Source of the DNA: Octopus vulgaris
Lineage: Eukaryota
Assembly: GCA_951406725.2 (NCBI GenBank)
Contig: OX597815.1
Location: 133,982,001 to 134,046,000, forward strand
Direction: 5' to 3'
DNA: 64,000 bases
The position numbers and the translations under genes were made by a program. Positions 11,173-25,357 of this stretch are shown one piece after another. Position 1 is the stretch's first letter. The number at the start of each line of letters is the position of its first letter. Under the pieces are notes generated by a model, which saw only the letters and a program-made list of their open reading frames with translations, searched no databases and was not told where the DNA came from.

Positions 11173-13106
11173 ATATACAGACTGATAAACACATAATTAC
11201 ATACATGTATGCATTCAGAAGCAGAGAGAGAGATACATAGGTTATTAATACAAATGTAGGTAGATATTTAGATATATATATTTAGGTATATATATTTAGG
11301 TATATAGATACATGAGTATGTTGGTAAATAGATAGATATTAATATAATCGAAAAGTTGCTATGAAGGTAGCTATATACATACATAGGTAGATAAGGAGGT
11401 AGGTAAATAGAATGGTATAGTAAAAGATAATGGATAACCTCATAAGTGGATAGATACATACAGTTGTAGAGATAAATAGATAGACAGATAGATAGATATA
11501 GAGTGTGATACAAACATACATAGATAGGTAGGTTGATTAATAGGTATGTACTAAAGTAAGAGAAAATAAATTGCTTTGTCTATTTCCAGAGGAAGGAAAA
11601 ATAACGGAACATTTGAACTAAATGAAATGTCCATAAAGACATAACTATAAGAGATTAACTATATATGAGTTTCTCTGAGAGATAGGAATAAATAAATGGC
11701 TTATATTGTTAACATAATCTGATGATGTGCATGCCAGAGTATGTGGTGGAGGTGGTAGTGGATGGGTTGACCATTGTGGCTATTACATGCCCTTTATGTG
11801 TGTGGACAATTCTGTATTTGTAAGTATATTTCTTCCTAAAGTAACTTTTCTGAAACACAGATTGCTCTCTCTTTCATTCCATGCACAGATGGACACACAC
11901 ATACGTGTGTGTGTGTGTGTAGGTAGTATAAATCCTGATAGGGTAGAAAGTCAGTGTATTTTCAATGCAGCACTCAACAAAAAAGCGTTGAAAAAAAATA
12001 TATGTATCATAGAGCCAAACTGACAAAGAACATCTCCAAAACCCAAAAAACAAATTCAACTCCAGGTCTTTTTTTTACTAACTCATATATAAAAGGTATG
12101 AATCTTCTATAAGAAATCATTTATGATGAATTCCTGGAAGCACTAAATAAGTAGTTTTTATCCAAGTGCTGACTACCTTCTTTTTCTTAATATATATATT
12201 TATATATCCTGTTTCAGTCACAAGACTGTGGCCCTGCTGGATCAACTCCTTGAAAAATTTTAGTCAAACAAATTGACTCTAGTATTAACTTTATATATAT
12301 ATATATATAAATGTGAGTGTATGTAGATGCCAATAGAGTAAACTGATAAACCAGTTGACTTTACAACTGAATCCTATCTAACATGCATGAGTATATGTAT
12401 TATGGCTAAATGGTTAAGAAGTTTGCTTCACAATCATAAAGTCTTGTGTTTGATCTCTACACGACTCACTAATGACAACTATCTTTGCCTTGAGTAAAAC
12501 CCTAAGCCTTGTGAGTAAAATTGAGTAGATAGAAACTGTACAGAAATCTATCAGATGGATTGTGTCTGCTGATTCTGTCTGTGAATTACATTAAACCTAC
12601 ATGTGTCTGTGTAGAGATACATGGCTTAGTGGTTATGGTATTGGCCTCATGGTTGTAAGATTGTGGTTTCATTGTGTTCTTGAGCAAAACACTTCATTTC
12701 ACGTTGCTTCAGTCTAGTCATCTGGCAAAAAAGAACTGTTCTTTTGACAGAACAGTATCCCATCCAAGAGAGAGTATATATGCCAGAGAACCTGGGCAAC
12801 CAGCCCTATAAGTCTATATGACTGAAGAAAGTGCTTTATCTTATTGTTTTATTTGTCTTTGGAATACTCAACCACTTACATGCCATAGAGTGAAATGGTA
12901 AATCAGTTGACTTTACAACTGAATCCTCATTTTCAAAACTAATGGATATCCATTTTGTATTCTGTATATATATAGGTGTATGTGGTTGTGTAATTAATTA
13001 GAAGTTTGCGTCCCAACTACATGGTTCTGGTTTCAGTCCCCTGCATTGCCCCAGGCCAATCAAAGCCTTGTGATTGGATTTGCTAGACACCAACTGAAAG
13101 AAGCCT

Positions 13107-13107
13107 A

Positions 13108-13203
<96 letters not shown>

Positions 13204-13206
13204 CCC

Positions 13207-13245
<39 letters not shown>

Positions 13246-13247
13246 AC
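13107..13247. repeat. (CT)n(CA)n compound microsatellite
   Basis: Seen directly. Confidence 0.97.
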
Positions 13248-13429
13248 AAAGTAGAATTAGAAATAGAAAATTCTTGGTGTAGTATTATATATTTGAAGAA
13301 GTGCATAGGAATGGCTTTTCTGGTAATCTTATTACTTTAATAATTAGCAGTTTATAAATCATTGGGTGTATATTTATTGAAGTGGAAAAATGGTCAGAAA
13401 ATCTATTCCTATTCATTTCTTCAAATATA

Positions 13430-13651
13430 TGCAAGTGGGTACTGAAAAGCTCCTGGCTTTAAGAGTATTACAAAAGGCTTGGTTGGAGGCCCAACCTTTT
13501 GAATTCTTTTACAGGGCTTAGAAAAACTGAAGGGCTGCCACAATAACTGTGTGAATCCGAGAGGGGAATATGTTGAATAAAATCATAATTAACTGATCCT
13601 CCAGTATTTTCTTTTTACCCAAAGCCAGAAACATTTTAGCACCCCTTTGTA
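13430..13651 (+). mobile_element. mariner-derived MITE
   Basis: Imperfect TIRs (gggtactgaaaagctcctggcttt / aaagccagaaacattttagcacccc) and mariner C-terminal remnant CVNPRGEYVE*. Confidence 0.75.
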
Positions 13652-13899
13652 TATATGGGTGTGTATTACTGTTTCATCACCCTGACATCACATGATAGTT
13701 ATAAATGAACATCACTGTCATGCAAGTGATATCTCTCATTTCTAATCTTATGTGAGAAACATGTCTAGTCATAGTGAAAATATAATCTTTCTTGGAAACA
13801 GAAGAAGGGCATCTGGCTGTAGAAAATATCCCTTATCAAATTCCACCTGACCCTTTCAATCAGGGGAAAGTGGACAATAAAACAATGATTATGATAAAT

Positions 13900-14115
13900 A
13901 TTGGTTTCAAATTTTGGTGCAATGCCAGTAAGTTCAGGAGAAGGGGTTAAGTTTATTACATCAATCCTAGTACTCACCTGGTACTTATTTTTTCTATCCC
14001 AAAAGGATGAAAGGTAAAGTTGACCTCGGTGGAATTTGAACTCAGAACATAAAGACAGACAAAATGTTGCTAGGCATTTTGCTTGGCATTCTAACAATTC
14101 TGCCAGCTCATGCCC
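13900..14115 (-). mobile_element. tRNA-derived SINE, family B
   Basis: Reverse complement of gagctggcagaa...ctgagttcaaattccaccgaggtcaacttt. Confidence 0.8.
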
Positions 14116-15072
14116 TGATGATGATAAATATTAAAAGAATGTACTCTGTGCTGTTACCTCTTTATATTTGTAAAGATTTATTGTGGGAATTGGAAGAATT
14201 AAAGTTCCAGTCTTCATAGTGACCACTGGTTTCCTCTCAAGATGAGAATCTTCGTTCAGATGAGTGAATAATGGTGAAATCAATGTTGTATTTTTAGGTG
14301 ATGGATTTGACTGGGAGTTAGGTATTCCAGTTGTGTGTGATATGTAGGTGAAGCATTTGTTGGGAGTGAGGGGGTCGTGTTTGTATTTTTATTTGTATTT
14401 TTCTGTTAATGCAGATGGTGGTGTTGTGTGTGTGTTTTCAAATGTGTGTGTCTACATTAGTTTGAACAACAGAGACTTTTGGTCATAAAAGATTATTATG
14501 GAGGATTATGGATTTTTTTGGCAAGTTTTAATGTTGGTTATCTAAGAATAGTAATTTGGTTATTATTGGAAATGAAAAAGAATAACAGCAACCAACAAAA
14601 TTTCTCTATTATGGGAAATGGAATTAAAGGTGTGGTAGAATAAAAATTTTAGGCTGAAGTATTTTTTCTGTGAAGGTCATTGGAGGTAAGTGAGGTAGTT
14701 TTCATTGGGAGAGAATGTTGGGAACATTGTGTTGGGCTAGAAAAACGATGTAATGTGCTTGTGTGCATGCGTGAGTGCTTATGTGTGTGTGCATGCACAC
14801 GTGTGTGTGAATGGAGGGGAGAGTAAGGAGGTGATCACTTCATACAAATAAAGTTTAAGACTAACTAAACATAGACACACACACATATTCTCTGCATATG
14901 AGCATGTATGCATATAAGTACACAGTATAGTTATAAATATGCGCATACATTGCAGTGAGCATATGCATACACACACTGCATAGTTGTGCTTGCATGAATG
15001 TACACGCAAACACATATATTTATGCATACATTTTATATATATGATATATTTCTCTCTCACACATACACACTA

Positions 15073-15105
<33 letters not shown>

Positions 15106-16149
15106 ATATGTATATACATACACACACATACACACAAACACACACTCATTATGTATACATATAAATATCATGTACACATCTCATACACAACACACATTTA
15201 TATTACACACACACACACACACGCACACATTTTGCCCATGCAGACATACATACATACACTAATTCACACATCCTCGAACAATTTCAACAGAAACATCTCC
15301 ATTGATATATTGTCAATAATATTCCCTTTTATGATTCCTAAACATCCTTTCAAGTGACAGCAGAGCAACAATGAGAATTCACATGAGGTATGGTCTGTTC
15401 TGGAAGGAAGGAAGTGATATCTGACAGCAGATGTTAGGCATCTTGGTGGTGATTGTTGTTGCTGTTGTTGTTAATAAACAATGTACCACTTGATGGATGT
15501 ATCCTCATTGCTCTGATCCAATTCATGGATATATCATTTAAAATTTTTAACCCTTTTTACTGTTGTATATAATGGCAATTGTTTCTCATTATTGCTAGAA
15601 ATATTTGGTACACAAACACAATTTCATTATACATTGTCATCATCATCATCATCATTAATGTTATTGTTATTGCTCTTATTGAGAAGAGTGATGAATTGGC
15701 AGAATTGTTTGAGCATCTCACAAAAATGTTAGAGTATTTCTTCAAGATTAGAGAAGGAACTCATCAACTGATTAAAAGTAGCGAACAGGAAAGCATCACT
15801 TGCAATGTGCTTACAGTGAGAATAATTGTTAACCACTTCCCAGATGCAAAATGCATTTTAGGGTAAGCACTTGTGTGCTGGTGAGGGCTCTGAATGCAGG
15901 AGTCAGTGTCTCATCAAACAGTGAAGCAACCTCTTTAGATGTTTTGGCCTTGTCCACCATGACACTGGACCTAATGGGGTCACCCACCAATGCAGGTGAC
16001 ACAACTCCTGCATAATAGCTTGAGCTTTGTTGAGTCAGATGTTGTGATTTTGAGCTGCTGTTTCTATCATTCTCAATGTTTGATCTTATGCACATACTCA
16101 TTCTAGGGCACATACTCTGGAACACAAGGGAGTGAAACATCATTCAATG

Positions 16150-16500
16150 GGTATTGGTGGAGGAAGTACAGCTTGGCAGTGAAGTTAGTGAACTACAGCA
16201 GACATGTGCTGTTTGATTCCAAGCATATATTAATGATTTTCCAGTAGCTCTTTGCTAAGCTGTATGAGAAGAGCAACAGACTGGAGATAGTAGAATACAA
16301 TACCTTATTCAATGATATCCAGAGATGATTCTTTACCGAAGACTCAATACTACAAGAAACTGATTTCAGCAGAAGTAGTCGATGTGTTGAGCAACTGTGG
16401 AGTGGCAAATCAGTGAGACTAGATTGTCTTTCCTTGCTAGGCTGGTTCATAACTGTCTTGGCAGCTGTTTATTGTAACTGGCAGTAGACTGAGAATATTC
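16150..16500 (+). mobile_element. Highly decayed L1/Tx1-like LINE ORF2 remnant
   Basis: Frameshifted peptides IFQ*LFAKLY and ISAEVVDVLSNC-GKSVRLDCLS resemble the GKSPGxDG motif preceding the RT domain. Confidence 0.4.
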
Positions 16501-17182
16501 AAAGTCATGTAAGCAGAGGAGGAGTGATGCTGTTGAGGAAGTACCCTAACAAAGGAAGAACACAATAGGCAACATCAGATCCATAACTTCATTCAAAGCA
16601 GAGTTAAAGGTTTATGCAAGGGTGCTTGTTTGCTGAAAGATTGGTGCTTATCCATGATAGCCTCCCCGCCTCACATGATACATCATAGAGCAAGTCAGGA
16701 CTAGGTCTGGCTTTGATGGGACTCAGATTAATTCAGATCATTCTGAAGCAAAGCACAGGGTCAACCAACATTATCTAGTAACCTTAAGACCAATAAAAGA
16801 AATCATCATCATCATCATCATCATTATTATTATTATTATAATGGTGAGCTGGCAGAATCATAAGCATGTCAGAGAAAATATTTCGCAGCATTTCAATGAA
16901 ACCCAGTGGTGATATCATTTTTAGTTCAAATTCCTCTGAGATGGACTTTGCCTTACATCCTTTCGAGGCTGATAATATAAGTACCAGCTGAGCACTGGTG
17001 TAAATGTAATCAGCTAACCCACTGCTCCTAAAATGTTGATGGCCTTGTACCAAAATTTGAAATTATCGTCATCATTGATACTTCACCTTATTCCTTTGTT
17101 ACATTAATTTTTCCTGTTTGTTGTCTCATAAACCATCAATATTATTATGATTTAATTCCATACCTTTTGATGTCTTTGCAGG

Positions 17183-17272
17183 ATGGAGGAGATGGTAAGC
17201 AGTATGCTCCATTATAAATCCAAAGTTGAACAATTACGGCAGGAAAGGTTCAATTTGTCGGTGACTTATGAG
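17183..17272 (+). CDS. NCKAP5-like gene, first visible coding exon (MEEMVSSMLHYKSKVEQLRQERFNLSVTYE)
   Basis: Acceptor tctttgcag|G at 17182, ATG at 17183, donor GAG|gtaagc. 90 nt, open, coiled-coil-like, in frame with the next exon. Further upstream exons may exist. Confidence 0.8.
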
Positions 17273-17324
17273 GTAAGCTAAATTTCACTGCTACTTCTTG
17301 GTTCCTTTCTATTCTTTCATCTTC

Positions 17325-17688
17325 TTTTCTTTGACTTGTTTCAGTCATTAGTCTGTGGCCATGCTGGGGCACCACCTTCAAAGGTTTTAGTTGAACTGAT
17401 TGACCAGGACTTATTTTTATGTCTCATATTCTATCAGTCTCTTTTGCTGAAACAGTAAGTTACAGGGATGTAAACAAACCAACACTAGTTGTCAAACAGT
17501 GCAGGACCCCCACACACACATACACACAATGGGCTTTCACACAATTTTTGCCTACCAAATTCACTCACAAGGCATTGGTTGGCTCAGGGCTATAATGGAT
17601 GACACTTGATGAAGGTACCATGCCGTAGTATTGAACCCAAAGTAATGTGGTTGCAAAGTAAGATTCTTAACCACACAGCTATGCATGT
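17325..17688 (-). mobile_element. SINE family A, diverged, antisense
   Basis: cttgtttcagtcatt...gccatgctggggcaccacc...cactcacaaggcattgg...aaccacacagc. Confidence 0.82.
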
Positions 17689-18445
17689 GACTACTATTTA
17701 ACTTTCTTACTTTTCAAGATGGCAAGCAGCAGAATTGGTAGAGCATTGACTAAAATACTTTGTGAAATTTAGTTATGTCTCTTTAGGTTCTGTTTTCAAA
17801 TCCTGTGGTGGATGATTTTGCTTTTCATCATTTCAAGTTGTTAATAAACTAAGTACCAGCCAAGTACTTAATTGACTGGTACACTGGGATAGTGAAAATA
17901 GATAGTATAAGTGCTTTGGGTATTGAACTCACGATGACTAGATTTGATTCTGGAATAGAGTGATGCATTGAACAAGACCTTTCTTTCTAATTGCTTCAGT
18001 TTACTCAGGTAAAAACTGAATACCAGTGATTGTTGGTGGGTGAATTCATATGACAGACTGACATCCTATGCAGAGAGGAGTTTTGTACTTTCAGTTGTTT
18101 AAATGCCCATACAGAATGGGATATATTGTGGCATAATAGGCCTGTACATTTGTGACAGACTTGAGTACTGGGATCAATATAAATGACTATATGTCACTTT
18201 AAGATTTTTGACCTTGTTCCAATGTTAACCCTTTAAATTCCAAACCAGCCTGAGACTGCCCTTAGTTTTGTGGTACAGACTTCTTGTTTTAGGAAAGATC
18301 TAACTTAAAAGCTTCCATCGAATTCCCATGTTCATTTACATTTTAAACACCAGCTTAATAATGACAGATATTTTACTAAATTCATTATTTACAAAACTAA
18401 TTGAAACAAAGGCAGTGTATTTCAACAGAAACCTTTCTTAACAAA

Positions 18446-18619
18446 GGCATAGGAGTGACTGTGTGGTAAGTAGCTTGCTTACAAACCACATTGTTCTGGG
18501 TTCAGTCCCATTGCATGGCACCTTGAGCAAGTGTCTTCTGTGATAGCCTCGGGACGATCAAAGCCTTGTGAGTGGATTTGGTAGATGGAAACTGAAAGAA
18601 GCTGTCGTATATATGTATG

Positions 18620-18652
<33 letters not shown>

Positions 18653-18846
18653 ATGTGTTTGTGTTTGTCCCCCAACATCGCTTGACAACCAATGCTGGTG
18701 TGTGTACGTCCCCATAACTTAGCGGTTCAGCAAAAGAGCCCAATAAGTACTAGGCTTACAAAGAATAAGTCCTGGGGTCGATTTGCTTGACTAAAGGCGG
18801 TTCTCCAGCATGGCCACAGTCAAATGACTGAAACAAGTAAAAGAGT
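18446..18846 (+). mobile_element. SINE family A, full length
   Basis: Near-identical to 10773-11172. Confidence 0.9.
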
Positions 18847-19481
18847 AGTGTGTGTGTGTGTGTGTGTGTGAATAAATGTATATCAATAATACAGTTGAAG
18901 TTAAATATCCCAGAGAAATGTTCTGTATAGTAAAATTTTGCATGTGTAATATTGTTGTCATGTATCAAACGTTTTTGCAGCATGTTGATCTCACTATAGC
19001 AAAAATCTTCTTGATTAAATACAAGTTCTCAGATGAAACAATAACATTACTTCATTCTGACTTTCTCAAAATGTTTTCTTGGCAAAGATATTGCAGTAGT
19101 TTACCATTACCTTCCCCAACTGGATGGCTGTTGGCCCACCACAAGCTTGTCTGGCCTTCAATAGGTCTTGTTTTTAGTCCTGCTGGGTGTCCATATACTC
19201 TTCTCACAAGAGTCAGTTTTAGTTGCCAATTATAGGTAGTACTAGTTTATAGGGTCCAAATAATAGGTCTCTTCAGTGTGTGATAAGATTTCCGACCTGA
19301 CTAATAGATGTTATATACTGAATCAAGAAACTTCAATTAGTTGAAATTATCTAAGCAATTAGTAAACAAAAACGTCCTCTTGGAGTACTTAAAAAATGCC
19401 AATATCTGTCATTTCAGTTTGAATTATCAAAATGTATTTAACCAGATTAATGTTATTCTCGCCTCTCCTCTCTTTCTTCAG

Positions 19482-19571
19482 GAAAACTTACAGCAGTACC
19501 GTTTACAAGTTAGTAAGTTGGAAAGAGAAAATATGATGTTACTAAATGACTACAAAAAATTACAAACTCAG
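19482..19571 (+). CDS. NCKAP5-like exon 2 (ENLQQYRLQVSKLERENMMLLNDYKKLQTQ)
   Basis: Polypyrimidine tract plus ttcag acceptor, CAG|gtgagt donor, 90 nt, phase 0-0, heptad pattern. Confidence 0.88.
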
Positions 19572-21098
19572 GTGAGTATAAGTTTAACAACTTTATTTTA
19601 TTTCATGGATTACACCTGTATTGACTTCATAATTACTGTTGACAAATTGATTAATTGTGCCTCCAATGTAGCAGGGGAGTGCCTATTGGGCAGATGTGTT
19701 CTATGTCTAATTTTTAATTTAATTGCTGATTCATCTACAAAGTACAAGAATGAATCTTCCTCCTCCTCATCTTATCATCATCATTATTGTTGTTGTTCTT
19801 CTTCAGGCAGTGAGCTGGCAGTAGTGTTAGAGCATTGAACAAAGTACTTATTGGCATTTTGCTGTCATTAAGGACTTCAAAAAGTTAAAGACTTGGTCTA
19901 AATGCTTGCAACAGAGTAGAATCCAATAAAAGCAGTCAAGGACCAGCTGTTGATGTTACTTCCTAAATATTGAACTGTTAATATCCTGCTGAAAATTTTC
20001 TAAGTCAAAAGCCCAGTTCTGTAATGATTCTGTTACAGAATAAAAATAAATTATAGAGGAAGGGATTAGAATTTTGTCTCTTATATTAGATAGTTCCTTA
20101 CTTCCATCAAGATGGACTGTTTGACCAATGCAGTCCCATACAGTAGTGTGTCATACAGGACATTAAGAGTTAACTACAAACTAACTAGATTCTTATTAAT
20201 AATATTGATTTTTATTGCTAAGTGGTGGGCTAAAGCATTGAAAATCAAAGGACACAACACATTGATGATGATAGTAATTGAGTTGCTAGTCTTTGGCTTT
20301 CTGTTGCTACCCACAAGCATACTATAAATGTCCTCCCATGTGATCCAAATTATATAATAAAAGCTGGGGTTTGGGGTTTTTTTTTTTTTTGGCCTGTGCT
20401 GTTTATTTTTCCCGAAAATTTCAAGCCCTTTTTTTCACCGCTCATTTTCTTTTTTCTTTTTCTTTCCTCTTTCCTTCTTTGCCAGGCAACTAGTGCAATA
20501 TTAAAAAATGACTATGACACACAAAAATAAAACACTATTTAGCGTGAGATCAACAATATTTTATCTCTTTTGGCAAATGCAAGTAATTTTTGAAATATCA
20601 TCTTTTCTATTCATATAACTGGGAACAATTTTCTTATACTCAAGTTTCACTAACTGTTCATCTGAGAAAATTTTGTGCAAATTTGATGCCAAGTTTTTCA
20701 AAGCAACACAGATAATTTTTTCACATCTTTTAGGACTGTTTTATCCATGTTAGTATTTATATCATACTTATATCTTCTTGAATGATCTTCTGGGAATTTT
20801 GGTAGGATTAGGTAGGGTAAGGGTAGTTGAAAACTACTTCTAAACTGGCAACTTCATCTGATGTAAAGTGATGTTGTACTTTTTAAACATGGGCTTGGAG
20901 GAAAAGATTTCAAATGCCTTTTTATCAGAATTAACCTGTTGATAAACATATCTCTCAAATAATACTTACAGGATTAAAAAATGAAGTAGATACAGGATAA
21001 TTTTCTTCTTTTCAGTTACTGAGTTTAGAAAGATTTTAAAAATTTGAAAATACTTTCAAAAAGGTTTCTCTCTCACTCACTAAATAATATTTGAGAAT

Positions 21099-21218
<120 letters not shown>

Positions 21219-21594
21219 CTTGTGTTTCTATAAGCAATATTCCAGAACACTTTGATTTAAAAACCAAAATACAAATTATTTTTATTCCAGAATTTTGGAA
21301 ATAAATAATTTTCTCTTCATCCTCCTTATCATGTTTAAGACTTTATTTCTAAGTGCTCTACATCCTCCCTTACTCATAATTACATGCTCATACATACAGA
21401 TTTTAAATCAAACGGAAGATTTTTCTCTTTTAGGATTTCATTGGCTTGCTGTAGGTGAAATGAATAAAAGATTGAAGCAACTCATAATATATTTCTGATC
21501 TTAATTTGTCAAGTCTAGGTGGATGAAGTTAAAACAGCTATTGACGCTTGAAATCAAGAAGTTATACTAAAATGTACCCAATTCTGTATTTCAG

Positions 21595-21765
21595 TGTTAC
21601 TCTTCTGAGCATCATGAAAACCCACAGCAGTTACTGGAGCAGATTAAAGTGTTAGAAGCAAATAATTCTTATTTGCAGATGGAGAATGAACAACAACGGA
21701 AGGAGTATGAGAAATATGTAGATGAAATTGCTAACCAGGTGGTGCAGGCAGTGCTTGTACAGAAA
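21595..21765 (+). CDS. NCKAP5-like exon 3 (CYSSEHH...EYEKYVDEIANQVVQAVLVQK)
   Basis: ttcag acceptor, AAA|gtaaga donor, 171 nt, phase 0-0. Peptide closely resembles the vertebrate NCKAP5/NCKAP5L coiled-coil motif (YERCLDEVANQVVQALLTQK), recognised from memory. Confidence 0.92.
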
Positions 21766-22140
21766 GTAAGATATAACTGTTATTTCAAAGTTTTCATTCT
21801 GTGCATCATTTCTTAGATATGATGTGATAAGCTTGACTGTGTAGTTATAAAATTTATTTCTTATCTGTTTTGTGGCTCAGTTTCACTGCATATAACTTTG
21901 GACTTGGATAGGTGTCTCTCTTCCATAGCTTCAGGTTGACCAACACCTCTTGAATGGAGTTTAGTAAATAGAAACTACAGAAGCCTGTCATATATGTATA
22001 TACATTTTTATGTAAGTATGAGGCACAAGTATAGTGGTTAAGAAGTTTGTTTTGCACGACATGGTCTTGGGTTCAGTCTCACTGTGTGGCACCTTGGGCA
22101 AGTGTCTTCTGCTATAGTCCCAAGCCAATGAATATATATG

Positions 22141-22443
22141 TGGAGGCGCAATGGCCCAGTGGTTAGGGCAGCAGACTCGCGGTTGTACGATTGCGGTTTC
22201 GATTCCCAGACTGGGTGTTGTGAGTGTTTATTGAGCGAAAACACCTAAAGCTCCACGAGGCTCCTGCAGGGGGTGGTGACGATGCCTGCTGTACTCTTTC
22301 GCCACAACTTTCTCTCACTCTTTCTTCTGTTGGCCTGCTCACTTAGCCAGTGGGGTGGCGTCATTTGAAGGCTAAAACAATGCGAAGCGCATTATGACCA
22401 GTGATGTGTAGCAACATCTGATAGCCTGGTCGGTCACGGTGAT
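22141..22443 (+). mobile_element. tRNA-derived SINE, family C, GC-rich, inserted in (TA)n
   Basis: Head ggcgcaatggcccagtggttagggcagc...ggtttcgattccc with A and B boxes, TA runs on both sides. Confidence 0.8.
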
Positions 22444-22859
22444 ATATATATATATAACTAATTGCCTGTAACAATTCATGTTTCATCATAGTAAGATTTT
22501 TTTATGTTTACAACTGTCATGTAAGGCATTAGAATTTATATACTGTGCTAAATTTTGTAATGGTTTTTGGTCTAGTAAAACTAATATTGGTTTCAGTTGT
22601 ACTGTTGTCATTTATTACCCCATTATTTTGGTTGTAAGCAGTGATATTGTTTAGCATGTTATTTGGGTTGATGCTGATGTTGGTATATTTGTTCTTACTA
22701 TGAATGAGATACCAGAGATTTTGAGATTTCATATTTTGAAATTGTCATTAAAGTTGGGAGATTTAATTTACTTATCCTCTGTTAAACTCTTTGTTAATTT
22801 TGTAATTAGAATAAATTTGATCTGTGGTCCCACATTTCTGCCATTTACCTAAAGAGACT

Positions 22860-23085
22860 TAAAAATCAAACATCCAGTCATCATGGTGTTTGGAGTGATC
22901 ACTAGTGATGATGACGTTATACCTCCATTCATCTTCCCACACATCCTCAGACTCAACACAGAGACCTACATCAAGTGCCTGGAGGAGGTAGTGCTGCACT
23001 GGGTGCAGAGCGTGGCTGCTGGAAGACCCTATGTCTGGCAAAAGGACTCTGCACCATGCGACACAAGCAGGAGAACCCAGTCAGA
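22860..23085 (+). mobile_element. Tc1/mariner (DD37D/maT-like) transposase fragment
   Basis: MVFGVITSD..IPPFIFPH.LRLNTETYIKCLEEVV...YVWQKDSAPC.TSRRTQ, the catalytic-domain QDxAPxH region. Confidence 0.85.
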
Positions 23086-23383
23086 AACTTAAAATGATGC
23101 TATCTTTGAGGGTAGAACACTGAAAGCAATGACAATACTAAATGGATATATAAGGGGTATATATTGCTGAAAGGTGAAATGACAGATTATTAGAAGTTTT
23201 CAGAAATGATTTTCAAAAAGTTACCCATGAGAATTAGATATTGGAATGGTGGTCTGCAATCCCTAATGAGATCTGGTGTTGTATATGTGCACTTGTAAAT
23301 TTGTATCTGTGATTGTATGCATCCATGCATACTTACACATGCAATTGATATTTCTAACTTGTTTACTGATCTGCTGTTTGCAG

Positions 23384-23503
23384 GGCTTGAAAGAAGAATG
23401 TTGCCAACTGCAGGAACGTGTTCATGACTTAGAAGTTCAAAACAAACAACTTAATTTGTTGTTTCAACATCACTTTCGGTTTCCGAATGAATCAACAACT
23501 AAG
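23384..23503 (+). CDS. NCKAP5-like exon 4 (GLKEECCQLQERVHDLEVQNKQLNLLFQHHFRFPNESTTK)
   Basis: tttgcag acceptor, AAG|gtaaaa donor, 120 nt, phase 0-0. Continues the NCKAP5 motif (cf. DLREECVKLKTRVFDLEQQN). Confidence 0.92.
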
Positions 23504-23879
23504 GTAAAATTTTACATCATATGTTTCTTTTTTTGTTTTCTTCTTTGGTGCTGGGATGGTTATATGATTATTTGATTGATAAGCTTGCTTCCCAACCATG
23601 TGGCTTTGGTCCCACTGTTTGGTACCTTGGGCAAGTTTCTGCTGAAATTGTCCCAGGCTAACCAAAGATTTGTGAGTAAATTTGGTGGTTGGAAACTGAA
23701 AGAAGCCCTTTATATATATATATATCATCATCATCATCATCATTTAATGTCTGCTTTCCATGCTGTCATGAGTTGGAATGTGTGTGTCTGCATGTGGACC
23801 CTTGTCTTGATATCACATAACAGTTGCAAATGAGCATCATCATCATCATACCAGCAAAGTTCTCCATTTCCTGGTTTCT

Positions 23880-24112
23880 TATTTCTTTATTGCCTACAAG
23901 AGGCTAAACATAGAGGGGACAAACAAGGACAGACAAAAGGATTAAGTCGATTACATTGACCCCAGTGCGTTAACTGGTACTTAATTTATCAACCCCGAAA
24001 GGATGAAAGGCAAAATCAACCTCGGCTGAATTTGAACTCATGACGTAAAAACAGACAAAATACTGCTAAGTATTTCACCCGGCATACTAACATTTCTGCC
24101 AGCTCGCCACCT
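23880..24112 (-). mobile_element. SINE family B with 13-bp target-site duplication
   Basis: TTTCCTGGTTTCT at 23867-23879 and 24113-24125. Confidence 0.9.
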
Positions 24113-25357
24113 TTTCCTGGTTTCTATGTAAAAGATATTTATCTACAGTAAAATATCATTACCTTGCTTGGAAACAGGTGAGGGTTGGCAATAGGAAGAG
24201 CATCTGGCTGTAGAAAATCTGCTTCAATGAATTTCATCTGACGCAAGCATAGCAAAATGCCTGTTAAATGAGGATGATTGTTTGATATTGTGGTTCATAT
24301 TTTATACTGTTGTTCTTCCTATCATTTCATTTCACATTCATTTCAATGTTGCTTAATCAAAGCTAAGCTCATTTTTCTGCATTTTCACTGAACCTTATAA
24401 GGTCAACAGAAATTAATCATTCCCAAAAAAGACAATCATTTAGGGCAGTAAACATCGTGGTGAAGACCTGTCTGCTGCTCCCCACTCCCACCCCAAGAAA
24501 GTAGCAGTTGTTGTATGCAGTATGTATTGTTATATAGACAACTGTATTCTGTATAAGAAAGAACACCTGTATATTACATTCTATATTATGTCTATCTCTT
24601 TATTTTGTCTGTTGTCAGCAGTGAGACATATGGTCAAACTGAGAGAACACTGGTCAGCTGGCTGTAGAGTCAATAGTTTATTAAATTTTGTTAATAATCT
24701 TGTATTAACCTGTAACAAAGCAGATACCAAGGAAGTCACAAGTTACTGCATAAAGCAATTCTTTATAAATGGCAAGTGTTTCACTTTGTAACAATACCTG
24801 GAAGTGTATATAGTGGGAAGCTTAACACATGCTACCTTGTTTAGCTCCATCACCTGGTAGTTTCCCCAATCGAGGAAGGCCTGCAAAGATCATGGGTACT
24901 GCTCATCTTTCCCTGGCCAACTTCAAGTTATACTCTATGTCTTAGAAAGGTAGGACACTTGGAACATTCTGCTTTTAGGTATACAAGGTCACACCAGGAA
25001 TCCCTTTCATCATAGGCCAGTTCAATTAGTGGTGAACCAGGACTAAATGCTACCAACAGCACTTATCATAGCTTGAAACCAATTCCTCCATATCCAGTGG
25101 CTTCACACAAACACATTCACATAAATGAACAAACACCAATATACACATCCCTTAAGAATTAGAAAAGCCATACTTAGAATAAATTATTTATTAACCATAT
25201 ATTTTCATATTATTTAACACTGTACATCTGTGACAGATATTATCTTGGGACAAACACTGCAGTTAATTAACCCTTTCTTGGTATATTTGCATTGAATATG
25301 ATACACAGATTGCTATTTTAAACTAATCTATTTAAATTTCTGTAATTTATTTTCCAG

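Noticed and set aside
1617-15357. Many short ORFs rich in YI/HT/CV/SL dipeptides
   Set aside because: These are translations of (TA)n, (CA)n and (CT)n microsatellites and SINEs, with no splice or homology support
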